A stretch of DNA of 63,764 nucleotides, counting the filler, from Hyphochytrium catenoides (taxonomy: Eukaryota; Protista; Hyphochytriomycota): assembly GCA_900088475.1 (NCBI GenBank). It is 16 parts of 16 records of this genome, joined end to end, with 100 filler letters (N's around TTAATTAATTAA, not from the genome) between each part and the next. Parts side by side here need not be neighbours in the genome. Positions count along the whole stretch, not along the records: positions 21,872 to 23,900 come from FLMG01000594.1; positions 24,001 to 34,005 come from FLMG01004657.1; positions 34,106 to 35,768 come from FLMG01000695.1; 13 more parts are not named here. One strand, given 5' to 3'. Below the pieces are notes generated by a model that was not told the DNA's origin, made no database searches, and saw only the letters and a program-made list of their open reading frames with translations. A program made the translations under genes and the position numbers. Shown here piece after piece: positions 21,979-35,720 of the stretch. Within the stretch, counting starts at the first letter, position 1; the number at the start of each line of letters is the position of its first letter.

Positions 21979-23450
21979 CAGAGAGAGACCCGGAGCAGTG
22001 CAGTTCTAGAGAGACAACAAAGAGAGCCACAGCCCGACCAGAAAAGAATAGAGAGGCGGACACCCGGAGAGAGAGAGAGATGCACTCAATGAGAATTGAC
22101 AAAATAGGAAAGACACCTTCTTACGATAAGGCAGAAGTAGTTGAACTGCCTTCTCTTGCTCACCTCATACGTGATCTTACTCTTTCTCTTGAGCTCCTGC
22201 AGGTTCCTAAGGTGGGACGCTGCTTTCCCCGCCGCCCCACCCTGCTTCTCTCTTCTGCCTTCCCCTTCCCCTCTACAATCTTCAGGAGGTCTCTCTTTTC
22301 TCTCTCTGTGTGCCGCTCTCACTACATCTTCTTCCGCTTTCTCTCTTCCTCCTCTTGCTGATAACTTTATGGCGTCCTCTGCAAAGACTATCTTGGAATG
22401 TCTCGCTTCAGGGATAGGCGGTCCTTGTAAGGAAAGGTTGGGAGAGGACAAAGAAGGAGGAGACACATGAGGAGGAAGAGAAGAGTGACCGCGAGAGAGA
22501 GGCGGAGAGTGGGAAGGAGAGAAAGCAGATGGACTCAGTCTCTGTTTCTCTCCAGTAGAATGGTCCTGGCGTTCATGGGCTAGGAGAGACTCTCTGTCTG
22601 CCAAGCGCACCGAGCAGCAGGAACAACAGAAGAGAAAAGCTTCCTGCGAGAGAGACACTCTTCCTCCTTGCTGATTCTGAGGTGGCCGGAGCGAGGCGAG
22701 GGCTGGCTTGATAAGCTTTTCGGGCCTTAGGAGGAAGAGATGGAGTCGAAAAGAGAGGGAGTTAGGGAAAGAGAGAGAGAGAGTCCGTAAACGAAAGTTA
22801 AAGAGAGAGAGAGAGAGAGAGAGCCGGGATAACGAGAGAAGCATAGCGAGGGCAAACAAAGAGCAGGAAGAGTGGCTGAAAATGAGTGTGGGAGAAAGAG
22901 CATCGAGGTCTAGAGAAAGAGAGAGAGAGAGAGGAGAGAGAGCAAGACTAAAACACGATGCTGCTATGAGGGAAAGGAAGTGAGCGAGTGCCGTTCACCT
23001 GCGACCCTGCAGACCCTTCTTCACATCCTGCCCTCGTAGCTCTACGGAGACGTTGGAAACTTGTGCCCTGTGTCTCCCTAGCGGAAGAGTACTCACTGGC
23101 TGCCTTCTCTGCATCGTTGAGATCTTCCTGCGCCACTCTCTCTGCTTTCGCTTATGGATGGTCTATCTGTTAACCACCGGGTAGCGTCTTCCATCTCCGC
23201 ACCAGGGCCTGCTTCGAGATAGCAGGTGTTCAGCCATCTTCAAAGATCCCTGCGCGCTCACTCATCGGTCTTCTACTCTCACATCTGCTTCTTGCATTAA
23301 ATAAGAAGGAGAGCGTTGTCTTCTTCTGACTGAATGAGCGGGCACATGTGAGATCTAGGTCGGCTGTGTGATCCTCTCTGGTCTGACTTGTCCGCACCTT
23401 CGGGCGCTCTTCGTACGCCAGAATAGGAGCTCCTGAGTTTCCTCTGCCAC

Positions 23451-23488
<38 letters not shown>

Positions 23489-23655
23489 GTGTCACTCTCT
23501 CATCTCTTTCTCTCCCTGCTTCTTCTCTTTCTTTCTCTCTGTCTCGCTTCTATCTTTCCATTCTCTCAATCCTTTGCTCTGTATGTAGTGTGCCTCTCCT
23601 TCGCCATCCAGAATCTTGGCTTTGCTTCTCATTCCTTGTGGCATTGGTCTCCCTT

Positions 23656-23703
<48 letters not shown>

Positions 23704-25998
23704 CGTCTCCTCTCTCTTGTCTCCTCACTTCCCCTACCCAGAAACACAGAGAGTGTAACGCCACCGTCACCCCAGACCATCTCCAGGACAGTTCACAGCA
23801 CCCCCAGGACAAGAAAGGTGTTACACTGATTGATGGCAATCAGTGGGCCCAGCCTGAGAGCATCTCCACCGGGAGTCTCTAAATGAATCTCTATTGCGTC
23901 NNNNNNNNNNNNNNNNNNNNNNNNNNNNNNNNNNNNNNNNNNNNTTAATTAATTAANNNNNNNNNNNNNNNNNNNNNNNNNNNNNNNNNNNNNNNNNNNN
24001 AGTGTGTCGTGCTGCTCCAGCATCCCCATATACCGACAGTCAACGTAGATCCCAAATCGTTTACGCTGCAGCCAGAAGAGTGCATGATGTATGGAGCTTT
24101 GACATTTAACTTATGCCAGAGAGTGGTGACGGGCATATTTTCTCCTCTTCTTAAACGAGTAGAGCTTATAGCTTATTTGCGGGAGGAGGAGGCTTTCCCT
24201 CAACAAACCGCTGACCACAAGCATTAGATAGACGTAATCTGAGTCAGGAGACCCAAGTTCATTGTCACCAACGGCGCAAAGTTCTTTTGTTGGACAAAAG
24301 ATAAGGAGCTCCTCGAGTAGCGAGGTGCCCGTAGGATGGAGACACAAGGTATCACCAAAAAAAGGGGCTGCCGCCACGGTGGAGCGAGTAATTCGCAACT
24401 GTAACACATGATACGTAAATATGTTGATGAGGGCCAACAGATCTGGCATGATGAGACACTAGAGCACCATTTAGCCGCCTACCACCGGTCGTCCGCTGAC
24501 TCCGTCAACAAGCGCCTTCCCGTACTACGACCTCTACATAGGGGAAGAGAGGCTAGTAGTGGGTGCAGTGTGATATATTACTACCTACGAAAAGGAGGAC
24601 ACCCCATCGCACTAATGTCAGGTCGACGGAGTACTATATCACGTCTTTCAGAGGCATGATTTTCGACAGAGCCTGATAAGGTCTCCAGCGCCCAGGCCCG
24701 GACGGGCGGCGCACTATAACGCTTCATACCGACGGCAACCACCTCTGGCATGGCAGCAGAGACGATGAAAACTGGGCTACCTTTTTTTGCGGGCCCGCCG
24801 GTCACGTCCTCTGTCCACTCCGGCTTCGGCTTTGGCGCCGTTTTGTCCTCCAAGGAGGATACACTAAGTTGGAGGTTTATACCACCTCCAAAAGCTAGCT
24901 CTGAACGGAAGATCTTTTCAGTCCATAACAAAGACTTTGAATGGGGGAACATCACCACGACAGACTGCTGGCCGTTGAACTCGGTTGTCTGAGGAGGAAC
25001 GCCAAATCGAAGATGTCAAGAAATTACTTACTCCTATTCCCTGTGATAGAACTGTAGGAAATTTTCCTTCACATCCAGATGCCGACTCCTCCTGGACATA
25101 TCAATCAATTAAAGCCTCAGTAGTCGTAGTCGCCTATCATGGAGTCTGCATCAAGGTCTTTGTCTGGAAACCAATCTTCCCTTGAACTTCATCAAATTAA
25201 ACCACAAAGGATGGAGCTTATTGCGGTTGAGAGTGATGGTCCAAGTACATTTATTGGAAATGTAGATAGCGAAATTCCCGAACGTCCCCTGCTAAATTGG
25301 GAAGATGCCCAAGAGCTGGGTTTTCTTTTTCCTAACAACTAACGCAAGTGATGGATGCTTCAGGAATGTTTGTCTAGTTCGTACCTTGCTTTATGAGTGA
25401 CCTGAAGAAGAACCGTCTGCATGCCACTTGGAAAGTAAAACTGGTGCTCTGGATTCTAGGCTACTCAAACGTTAATCAAAGAATCAACATGCATGGAAAA
25501 GAGTTCCACAGAAGGTATTCCGCTGTTAAAATCACACAAGCATCATCAGCTTAATCAACCTTCCTCCTATTTCTTAAACGTTCGCCGGCGCGGGACTGTT
25601 CGCTGGTCAGAATCCCTGTTCTTCCGTCTTCAGTGCTGCTTCTCTGCTTCTCAACAGCTTCCCAGTACGGTGACGGCTCTAGAACTACCTCTGCCCTTCT
25701 GTCTCAGTGAAGAGACGAGGGTAGCAATAAAGTGATCGGGAAAGTCAGAGAGATCTTCAGTCTTCATACAAAGCAGCGTCTCTAGCTTTGGCTTGGATTT
25801 GCCTAACTCTATTAGTCTAACATTGGACATGCACGACTGGAGTTAGACTGGCAACGTTTGACTACTGGTGCTTGTGCCCAGAAGCGAGTAAGAACCGGCA
25901 CACTCTCATTTACTGCTTAAGGGCCGATATCAGACGAAAGTCCTTAACCTCCAAGAGCTAATTGTGGAGTCTCTCATTGTCTCATTGAAGAAGAAATC

Positions 25999-27054
25999 AT
26001 GCCGCCAGCTGCAAGCAAGACGAAAACAGCAAAGAAAGCGGCGTCGGCCAAGAGTTCCGAAGGCAAGCGACCATCTCAACGGGGTGGTGCTGCCTCCTAT
26101 AACGCGGTCAAAGAGTATGATGGAAAGAGCTACACCGGGATGCGTGTAGGTGGATCCCACATCTGGGACTATCAGCCAGGAGTCTGGAGAGAGGTTAAAG
26201 TGGCCCCTGACCGTTGGGAGATCGACTATCAGGTAAACAAGGTGCGCAAAGGCGCAGCCCCTGAAGGTTCTGGTGCCCCTGTGGGAACCGAGTATCACTG
26301 GTAGGTTTTGCTCAAAAGAAATGGTGAAGATAAGACGATGGTGATTAGGTTGATCCTGCAATTTCAAAGTCCAGCGAATTCGAGGCTATGCTTGTTGATG
26401 ATCCTCTGTTGCCCCTTTTAACTGCTCTTCTATCTGAACTCACCCTTGTCGGCTCACGCTGAGCGGAAAGCTAACGTCTTACTGACTCCTGCTTCTGACC
26501 ATTAGGTTTATTACCGCTCATCAGTTCGTGAAAAAGATCGACGCCAATACATATAGCACTAGACTGGTGGGCACAAAGTACAAGTTGGCGCATAAATGTG
26601 AGTCTGGCAATAGTTCTTGGTGGGGCGGTTAGCTGAAGAAGGCAATTCAGTGACAAATTACTGCTTCATAGTTTCTCTTACTATCAACCTCCATCGCTTA
26701 TATTCTATGTGCATAATAGGGGCTACTGCGGAGCAATTTAATTTGCCCACTGAGACCCAGCGTCGCAAGAAGCAGATTGAGCTTCTTGAAGACGCCATCA
26801 AGAGAGTTGAGGAGCTACCTCCTGTGAAAGGGGAGGAGATAATTAGCCCAAAGAAGAGAGCACGGAAGCTGGAGAAGGGCCAAGTCACCTTAGATCAGAT
26901 GTTCGGAGGAGGATCTTCGAAGAAGTCCAGGACTGAAGACACTGCGAAGGAAGGTTATGATCGAAAGCAGAGTACCACTGACGAAGAGTCATTTGGAGGA
27001 GGGGAGGAAGGCCTCAGCCAGCAGGAGAAAGCTGAAAGTGAAGTTGATGAGTAA
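25999..27054 (+). CDS. Conserved hypothetical protein (~242 aa) of a family I recall from bacteria and fungi; exons 25999..26300, 26506..26597, 26720..27054
   Basis: GT-AG introns 26301..26505 and 26598..26719 restore YNAVKEYDGKSYTGMRVGGSHIWDY...APEGSGAPVGTEYHW-FITAHQFVKKIDANTYSTRLVGTKYKLAHK-WATAEQFNLPTETQRRKKQIELLEDA. Confidence 0.85.
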
Positions 27055-27330
27055 GACAATTGTATATATTTCATGGTATAGGACATTGTGTTCCCTCCGT
27101 GCCTTCCAGTTTGCGCGTTGGTATCGCCATTATATCTCCGTCTCAGAGACTCTTAAGTTTCTCTGCCAACCTCCCTGTGTCTCCCAGTCTGTGCTTCCCC
27201 TGCTTTCTATTCTATCTATAAAAAAGGAAAAGAAGCCTACTCAGTTGCGTATAGGGAATGATAGTTCAACCCGCAACAATTAGCTTGAAATAGCTTGGGG
27301 CGAAAATGAGTGTGTTTAAAACGTGAAAAG

Positions 27331-30300
27331 CTATTTCATCTCACCACTGCTGAGAGGCCTTTTTGGGTCGCCCTGTGTATCAGGGGTTGGTTGTCCTTGG
27401 GCTTGATCGGGGACAATAGTTGTCGCCTTTTGTCGTGCGGAGAGACTCTTGTTGATTCTATCCCTGAGAAGAGCAAGCTGTAAAGCAACGTTCTCTTCTG
27501 CAGGTAATCCGGTTTCGCCATTCTGAGTGGTAGTAGGTCCACCATCACTGCTGGTGGCAGGAGACTCTGAAGACCCAGAAGCAGAAAGTCTTGTTGGCAC
27601 TGTAGTCCCGATCTTGCCATCAACGCTCTCAATAGGGCCGCTAGGGTGAGAAGTGCCGTGATGAGAACTTGGGCTTTCGTTCTGGCTCTCCCACGCCTTA
27701 GGCACCATCACCACGACTATCGTCACCGTTGATATTAGGATTGCCATTAAACAGATCAGCGTTGTGGAAATAGTGGCTCTCAGAGACAACCGCGTCACCA
27801 CAAGTGCGATGATGCCCAGTAGAATGGCATTGTAAAGAGCGACCGAGAGGTACTTAGCCTCGGAAAAATTACTTTCAATGTGCCAGGTCTTGATAGCCAG
27901 CAGCATGCCAAGAACAATGATCAGAGCCTTCCAGACAACCAGCCCGTATATAAAGCGTTCCCCGCTTTTGCATTTCGTTCTCTGCATTATATTGCCAGCG
28001 CCAGTGATGTCATCTTCATAAATAACTGCAGTAGGATGGTCCATGAGCCGCCACACGACAAGTAACAGGACATCAACGAGGATCATGCTGAAAACCTCAA
28101 AAGCGACCTGCCGGTTAGTCACCGTAATTCTTTTCAGGGCAGCTTTGTTGAAGATCATGTGCACACGCTTCAGCTTCATCAACAGGGGGGCAAACATCAC
28201 CGTGGAGCTGATGCTCATCAGCCACACTCGTGCTTGGCAGGTGATGGCCGTGTTCGGTCCCACTCCAGATATTGTGGTCAAGTTCAACATTGCTCCACCA
28301 AGGATAAAGAGGTAGGTGAAGCTCAGTTGCGATGTCTTCAGAGAACGCTTGTGTCTGTGCCGGTAGGCCCAAAAGAGAACTCCCATACAAAGAGAGAAGC
28401 CGCTAAGGGCCAAGCTTATAATGATGACACCAAAGGGCGAACCCGAGAGGACATACTCACAATCAATAGGGAAGGGTGGGGGAAGCTCTTCGCCTCCGAT
28501 GCAATGCTTCCATTCTTCCCCTTTTGTCCATCTATACTCCACCAGCATGGTCTGGGTCGCTTGCTTACATTCCCCAACGCTAATGCTCATATCATCTTTC
28601 CTGGTACAGCGATGCTCCGGGTCTAACGTGGACAGCCCATCACATCGGATCTCTTTCGAGATATTGATGACCATCTCCCTTGCATCGTAGGGGATAGAAC
28701 TAACCCCTAACGTCTCAGAGATAACTTCTATGATCTCATCATTCGCTAGCCAAAAGGTAAAGTCTGCAGCTCGGGTCGCTGAAGCACAGCCATCTCCTTC
28801 CATAGACCTAAAATTTTTTCTCACCACCAGGTCGAGACTGTCGACGAATGGCCAGCATGAGGGCGACGCTCCGCTAATGTATTCTCTAAAGCCGCTTACG
28901 AACTTGTTCGCCCTATAGGTGCTATTTTGGGAGTTAGCGTGGCAGTCGTTGACAGCCGAGGGTTGCAGTGAATATGTGACTCCCCGGATAACGTACTTTG
29001 CGAGAGCGATATTATCAGGAAGCGCAGCAGTCCATAGTACACCAAGTGTGCCAGCCATAGCCTTAACCGAGGCTGTCACTTCATCTTCTGTCTCGACACG
29101 AATGATCGCAATTCCCGCCGCCTCAAGGCGTGCTAGCGTTTCGCTTGTTATGAGGTCACTTACGACAATATCTGTTGCTCCCTGGGCCTGCGGGTCAATA
29201 GATTGAAGCAGTTTTCTGAAGTTGGAGAGGACGACTAGGTTGTTAACATTTACAACGACGCGAATGGGAAGGTCAGGAAGGGCGTCGTCGTTAAGTGCTT
29301 GAAGTTCAGGGTTGTCCCAACTCTTGATCATTCCCGTCAGTATGAGAGATATGACTCTAGGGGACAGATTAAGCCGAAGCACATGTTTTCCTAGGTTGTA
29401 CGTCGTCCCAATAGGAATTGCGAAGAGTGGGATAGAGATGATGTCAGAAAGGGAGAAGAGCGAGCTGTCAACCACCTTCGACCTTAGCAGATTCGATGGT
29501 AGGACGACAGCGTTGAAGGTAGTATCCGTACGGAAGGCATTGAGAATATCCTCAAGTGTTGACGGGATGAAAGTCTCATTGTATGTCACTGTGACGTCAA
29601 AAGTCTGCAGCATGTAGGCATTGAAGTAGAGCTCCATCAAATAGACCAGGGAGGGTTGCATGTGCACCAGAAAAAAAGGAGCTCGGAAATGGGTCTCAAA
29701 GAAGGATGCGGCGGCCTTTTCAAATGGCTTCACCATGCTGCACTTTGATGGATCCGATAAGCAGCTGCAAGGAGCACTTCCCATTATGCCGTAGCAGCCT
29801 TCAACACACTTGACAGAAGACTGAATGCTGTCCACTAGAACATGCCTAGTGAAGGGTGAAGGCATAGCAAAACCTTCTTCCTCAGCGATCCCAACGATAT
29901 CTTCAGCGGACAGATAGTAGGTGAGAAAGTCTCCTAGTGATCTCCTGCTGATGCAGTCTTTTGTATGCGTGTCGGTCCGATAAATCACATAGGAGAGGCC
30001 CACGATAGGCCAGCCATTTCTGATATGTGATTCCTCGTCAACGGTAGCATTCCAGTTTTCTTCAAAAGTGGACTCAATGCTGAGGAACGAGAAGCCGAGG
30101 GAGTTCATTGTAAGAGCAATGGGTTTATCACCAAATGCTTTACGCTTAAGCCTGCCTGCAACCAGCCCGGTCTTCAGTATTCTGTTCAGCACTGTGAAGG
30201 ATATCGAGTAGGGCTGCGACTTTACCTGACAGTTGACGAGGCAAGAAGAGACAGTTACCATTAGTGATTCCTACAGGGGATGCATTGACCAGCAACAACT

Positions 30301-31213
30301 TCTACTAAACACACAAACCGGAAGAAGGATTAAAAGAGTATGAGGAGCTCACCATAACGCCAACTTCATCTGCGCTAGAAGCACTGAAGAAAGAGAACGG
30401 CTCTCCTCCTTTAGCGCAAGTCCTGACAGTAAAGCCATGGGTGTCAATCGTGTCTATCTCATGTGATCCTTCGCACCAGTCAGGTTGAAGACTTGGTTTC
30501 AGCCGGGACAGTAGACTTGAACTTTCTGTTCCAAACCACCTGATCAGAGCGTGTTGGACAGGATCGGCATCTGTCCTGAGAACAAGCTTGATCCGCTCGT
30601 CAGGTAGATCTAGGGCAGGGTTCAGAGCAGCTATATCTGCGTGGTCCCATCGCTTGATGTCGCCCAAGTAGATTCTTGCAAGGACGTCCGCCGAGAAGAC
30701 AATGCTGTTGACATCTTTTGAAACCTCATCATTAGTAGATTGGAGACCAGGGACGTTATAGACTGGAGCCACGCCCCAAGCTGCGAACGGCACCATCCTC
30801 GTGTCGGGAAACTTGGCAAGCGTCTCTGCCGAAAGGGGAGCATCGACTACCGCAAAGTCTGCATTGGAATCCTCGAAGAAAGTCGTGAGAGCCTGGAGAT
30901 ACGTAACTCCGGTGGTGACTTTGAGAGTGACAATAGCAGAGGCTGCTGAGAAGCGCATCTGAGAAAAATGCTGATACATCGTATCGGCGCGGCGTAGGAG
31001 TCTGTCATAGAGAGAACTAGAGACACCGGATAGGGGGACCCTGGGCGGCGGCAGATCGGAATCAGCTAGACGTTGTGTACTGCCGGCAGCGGTTTTTGCT
31101 CGTGCAACAAGCAGTGGAGCAGAAGATCTTCCTTCAACTTCGACTCTCTGCGCTGACGATAGCCGTACTACGAGCAGCAGGTTGGAGAGGAGAGCAGTGG
31201 CTGGAAGCTTCAT
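27331..31213 (-). CDS. Class C (7tm_3) GPCR with two tandem PstS-like periplasmic-binding ectodomains (~1251 aa); exons 31213..30353 and 30225..27331
   Basis: Phase-0 intron 30352..30226 (GTGAGC...CACTAAT...CAG) joins ORFs 30305..31213 and 27331..30261. Signal peptide; PBP1 DFAVVDAPL...VAPVYNVPG...VLARIYLGDIKRWDHADIAALNP...GWPIVGLSY; PBP2 YNL...ILTGMIKSWDNPELQALN...CWPFV; Cys-rich linker; 7 TM with CQARVW, LLMKLKRVHMIF, FSEAKYLSVALYN. Confidence 0.88.
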
Positions 31214-34200
31214 CGTTTGTGAAAGGGGTAATGGCGGTGGAAATCTGAGTGATCAGTCTGTTTCCTTACTGACTGCTAGAGAAAGGGAATTCTTTCCGAT
31301 GCTGGATGATGACTGTGAACAGCGGCAACAACAAGCAACCTCTGAAGTGACAACCGAGAAAAGTTCTTCGATAAGTGACTTTCAGGGTTGACGCTGTGTG
31401 CATGACGGGGCAAGAGGACTTAATATATGACGGGACAGTTTTGAAGGGGAAGAGGATAGGGAGCGCTTCCTGCGCTATTTACGTAACAGTTAGTGAAGGA
31501 TGCTCATCTGGCTATCTATATTTGGCAACAGGTTCTGTCGTGAGGATGTAGATAGAAGTAAGATATGGACACAAAGTCACATTGATGAAGCTGGCTATTC
31601 TAGAACCATAGGAAGGAGGAGGACGGGAGGGATTTGCCGCACGTCGGTCATGATGGTGCTGAAGGAGGGACACACTGTGGACGTTGTCTTTATTTCAAGT
31701 AGCAAGAAAAGCCAGCAGGTACTAACTTCATTGTTTTAGGCCCCGTCTCGCGTGGCCATAGTTCGAAGAGAATCTGTTTAGCGTCACCGAGAAGAGGCTC
31801 TGCTGATGATGTCCGCTCATCACCACACTTAGATTTACGTGGTGTGCAAACCTCAGAAGGCCGCGCGAAACCCAATGGCCCAATGTACGACGAAAGGTGC
31901 TGCACGAGAAAGAGCACAACTCAATAGATTAATAACCCATCAGCAGACGCATTCACTCTTGACTACCCTATCTAGAGTCTTCCTATCACAACCTGTAACG
32001 ACTGACGTGAAACAGGAAGTCTCCTCCTTTTCCGCCAAGGGCCCTACTATTATCGCAGTAGTCCGAGAGTTCCTCCTAGAGATATTATTGTTGGCTGTTA
32101 GTTCTACTAGATCGAATCGCTAGTGTCTCGTCGTGTTCAAGGTGTGGTTGACTACGTAGCTGTTTGTCCTCGGTGACGTCTCTCAGCATCCCTGGTCGCT
32201 GCCATTATTAGTTCTTTGGTATGAGTAGCTCCCAAAAGTAGCTTCTCGCCCCCAGAAAAATGAATTATAACATGAGTTAGGGATGGAGAGGAGCACTATA
32301 TCGGGGTTGTTCTCCAGAGAGTCATGAGGGTGAGTTGGAGACGTATGCTGTTATGCAGTAGTACCGTAAGCCGCACATTTAGGCATGCGGCCTCAGTATA
32401 ACTTGCTGTTGGTTCATTTCCTTCTTCCGTCAGACTAATAAGTGACGACCCTGTAGTGTACTCGGTGCTGAGTACAAGTTACAGGTTTAGCTAGGAGGCA
32501 TGGAGCTACTACTGCCTGGTAATAAGTTGTTGTGCAACCGCGGGAAAGGAAGAGATAAAGAGGAGCTTCAACCTTCTTCAGGTTACCCCTCTTCTGCTAA
32601 CAAGTTGATAGTAATAAGGGCTACAAGTCATTAGAACTATAACAATGAAGCGAAGGACGGCATCAAAATAGATAGAGAAGTAGAATGGTTGCACTGTTCA
32701 AAAAGTAGGCCAAGCCCTTACTATTCATCTACACGAAATCTCCTTGTCGTACCGTGCTGTAACGGACAGAGACTTGCAAGTCAGACCGTGTCATTGGGGA
32801 GGTTTTGCTCTTGGAATGCAGTAACCGTAATTCCTTAGCCTTCCAAAGTACTGTCTTGCCTGTCGTCAGTGAGCTTTATCTACTACCCGCTACTAACTAC
32901 TGCTACGCATGAGTAGGACAGCAGCACAGTTCAGCAAGGAGATACTTTCGATCTGTCATCCGTCCTCCTCACGAGCATCCGTGACCTATTCTGAGAGCTA
33001 TTCTCGTAGCTCAAAAAACAAGTAGTATCTACAGCGAACAGCGACAGAACGAAGAGTAGAGCTTTGAGGTGCCTGCGACCCGATCATGCTTATAATAGAA
33101 GTCCTGTTTGTTCCATTGATTGAGAAAAGCATACTTCGTTTTTAAGCATATGTCACTTTACTTACTTCGCCCTACTAGTATGTCCTATCGAAGGTGGCAA
33201 CGACCAGAATTGACAAGACGCGGAACAACGAAAGTGAAGTATGGTCTCCCTTCTGCGGACACCTGGTCGATAGGTAGCGGTACTATCCATTCGCGGCCTG
33301 GCTTCCAAACCACTGCTGTTGTTTGACGATTTGCTACGATTGATAATATCGCCTTACCAGAGCTTGATACTCTGGTCGGTCGGTAGTGATATTATGAGAA
33401 AGTGGGAGCGTTGTTGCAGCTGCTCGCAGCACGCGCTACGGACTTAGAAATTGCCTGGTCGAGCGCAAGGTGGTGGCAGGATAGGCATTCTGGCAAAAAG
33501 GCATTAGGCAACGAGGTACAATCCTCTTGGGTTGAATGATGGACGTTTCTATGACTTCGACTAAAGCAACGCTGCCACAGCAAACTTGCAAAGAACAGGG
33601 CCACAGCCATGGAGGTCTAATAAGGTGGCGCCTAGCGCTAGTTAATATGGAACACATTGGCGATGTGGGCAAAGGAGAGGTTGAGGTGCTCCCGGTGGCC
33701 TCTCTGGTGGTTCCTATTCTTGTTGACACAACCTTTAGAAGGCAACAACATCAGCAGAGTCCAGAAGCTGCCCGGGAGCAACTGTCGTGATTCGGCTTTC
33801 CCATTAACAAATATCCTCCCTCTGTTTTAGGCTTTCTTTTTTTTCGTCTCTATACCATGCTTAAGGTGAGGGTTGGCCTATTAACAAATAGGTTGATATC
33901 ACAAAGTACTACTACTCCGACGAAGAGAACAGAAGAAGGAGAAGAGGCAAGGCTACAAGGTCTTGGTCTCTTCAAGTCTTTTCTCTCTACCAGCAACATT
34001 ACCAGNNNNNNNNNNNNNNNNNNNNNNNNNNNNNNNNNNNNNNNNNNNNTTAATTAATTAANNNNNNNNNNNNNNNNNNNNNNNNNNNNNNNNNNNNNNN
34101 NNNNNGTTTGTGGATACGGAATAGGCGTTGTTGACTAGAGCAAATTCTGGATAATTATCCAAGAGAGACAATTGGTCAGATCAGGGATTTTGTTGAAACT

Positions 34201-35720
34201 TTCGTCATTTGGAATCTTCGATTGCCAAAAGCGCCCATACAAATCTTCGCGTTTCTCGCGAAACCAGTCCTAAATAAGAGTGTCTTCAAAATCCCATATA
34301 TTATAACAATGCCGTTCTCATCCTGCGGTCATATGGTCAATACTAGGAACTTGACAGGCTTGCTAGAAAGAACACATCTAACAACGCTCTACTTATCGCA
34401 AACCCGCCGCTACTCTGAGCGATCGGTTGGGAGGGAGAGTGACGAAGACCAAGACCGTTCTTGTTCACGGTTCTGTTGCCGCTACATTGGTGTCTACATG
34501 AATTCTCGAGATTATAGGTACCGTTGGTAAGCCGCACCTCAGAACCACTAGTCTCTAGCCCCACCGTAAGCCTGAGCCAAATGAGTTACGTAGAGGTGTA
34601 TGTCTTCTTCAATCAACGATGAGGTTTCCCCTGACAGACCCTAGTAGTCGTAGATGGATGAAAGCTCTACTTCCGCCGCGGGCTGGAGACCTAAGTGTTA
34701 CTAAATCTAGGCAGATCAGGAGTTGCTTACGAGGAGTCGCTCTCTGCCCTTAGTAGCCCAGGACCAAGCGAGTCAGAAGAAAGAATGGAGCACTCTGAGG
34801 AGGACCTATCTTACACTGATGAGGAGCAATTCCACAATGGTTTGTACCAGGTGACAGACTCTGAGACGGAAGACAAACAGGCGCATACAGCAGACTACGT
34901 ACAGACACTACAGAACATTAACTATGGGAAAGGGGAAGCGACCTACAAGGCAAGTATAACATACAGGAATGAGGACATGAAGGATATGACACCTAGGGAG
35001 AATGACCCAAAGGACATGGAAGGAGACATTACCTAGAGAGGGATATTGAAGTAGCCAAAATGCTGCGGATACCTGTCCAAGGTACAGTATTAATGTAGGG
35101 CTTACAGGACTTACAAAGGATGTAGGAGAGAACTGACAGTAGCAGATATAGCGAAGTAGGATAGCACGAGGAGAACATAATCTAGGAGGCACAGTAAAGA
35201 ACAAAGTAGACAGAGAAGAGCAGAGTATATCGTAGCACTTAGTAGGGAACCTAAGAACTAATTCAGTCAGTTGAGAAGTTCCAGAACAAGACTAACAACT
35301 CATACTATTATTCCTCAAAGGAACTTAGCGCCGCTCGCCAGGCACGCGAGGCGTTTAGCTACACTAAGGGCAGGTTTACGACGAGCTGTGGGTCAACATA
35401 CTGTAAGAAAACATTCCTGACACAAGGTATCTGGGATTTCAACAACGAGACTAGAAAACAGGCAGAGACCAGAAAACAGCCGGAGACCATCAACAGCCTA
35501 AGCAACGAGAACTAGGCGATGAGAGGCGCTCAATAGGGCCAGTCTTCTTGGACCAAGGAGGGCCAGTCTCCTTGGACCCAAACAAAGGGCGAATTACTAC
35601 AGAGGCAGAGTTTCAACTACTAGAAGCATCAAGAACTTGATATGGAATGAACTGTCCGTCCGTCACTCCTTGGAATAATAGGTGCGCAAGAGTAGACTGA
35701 GTAGACATTATTGTTGTCTT

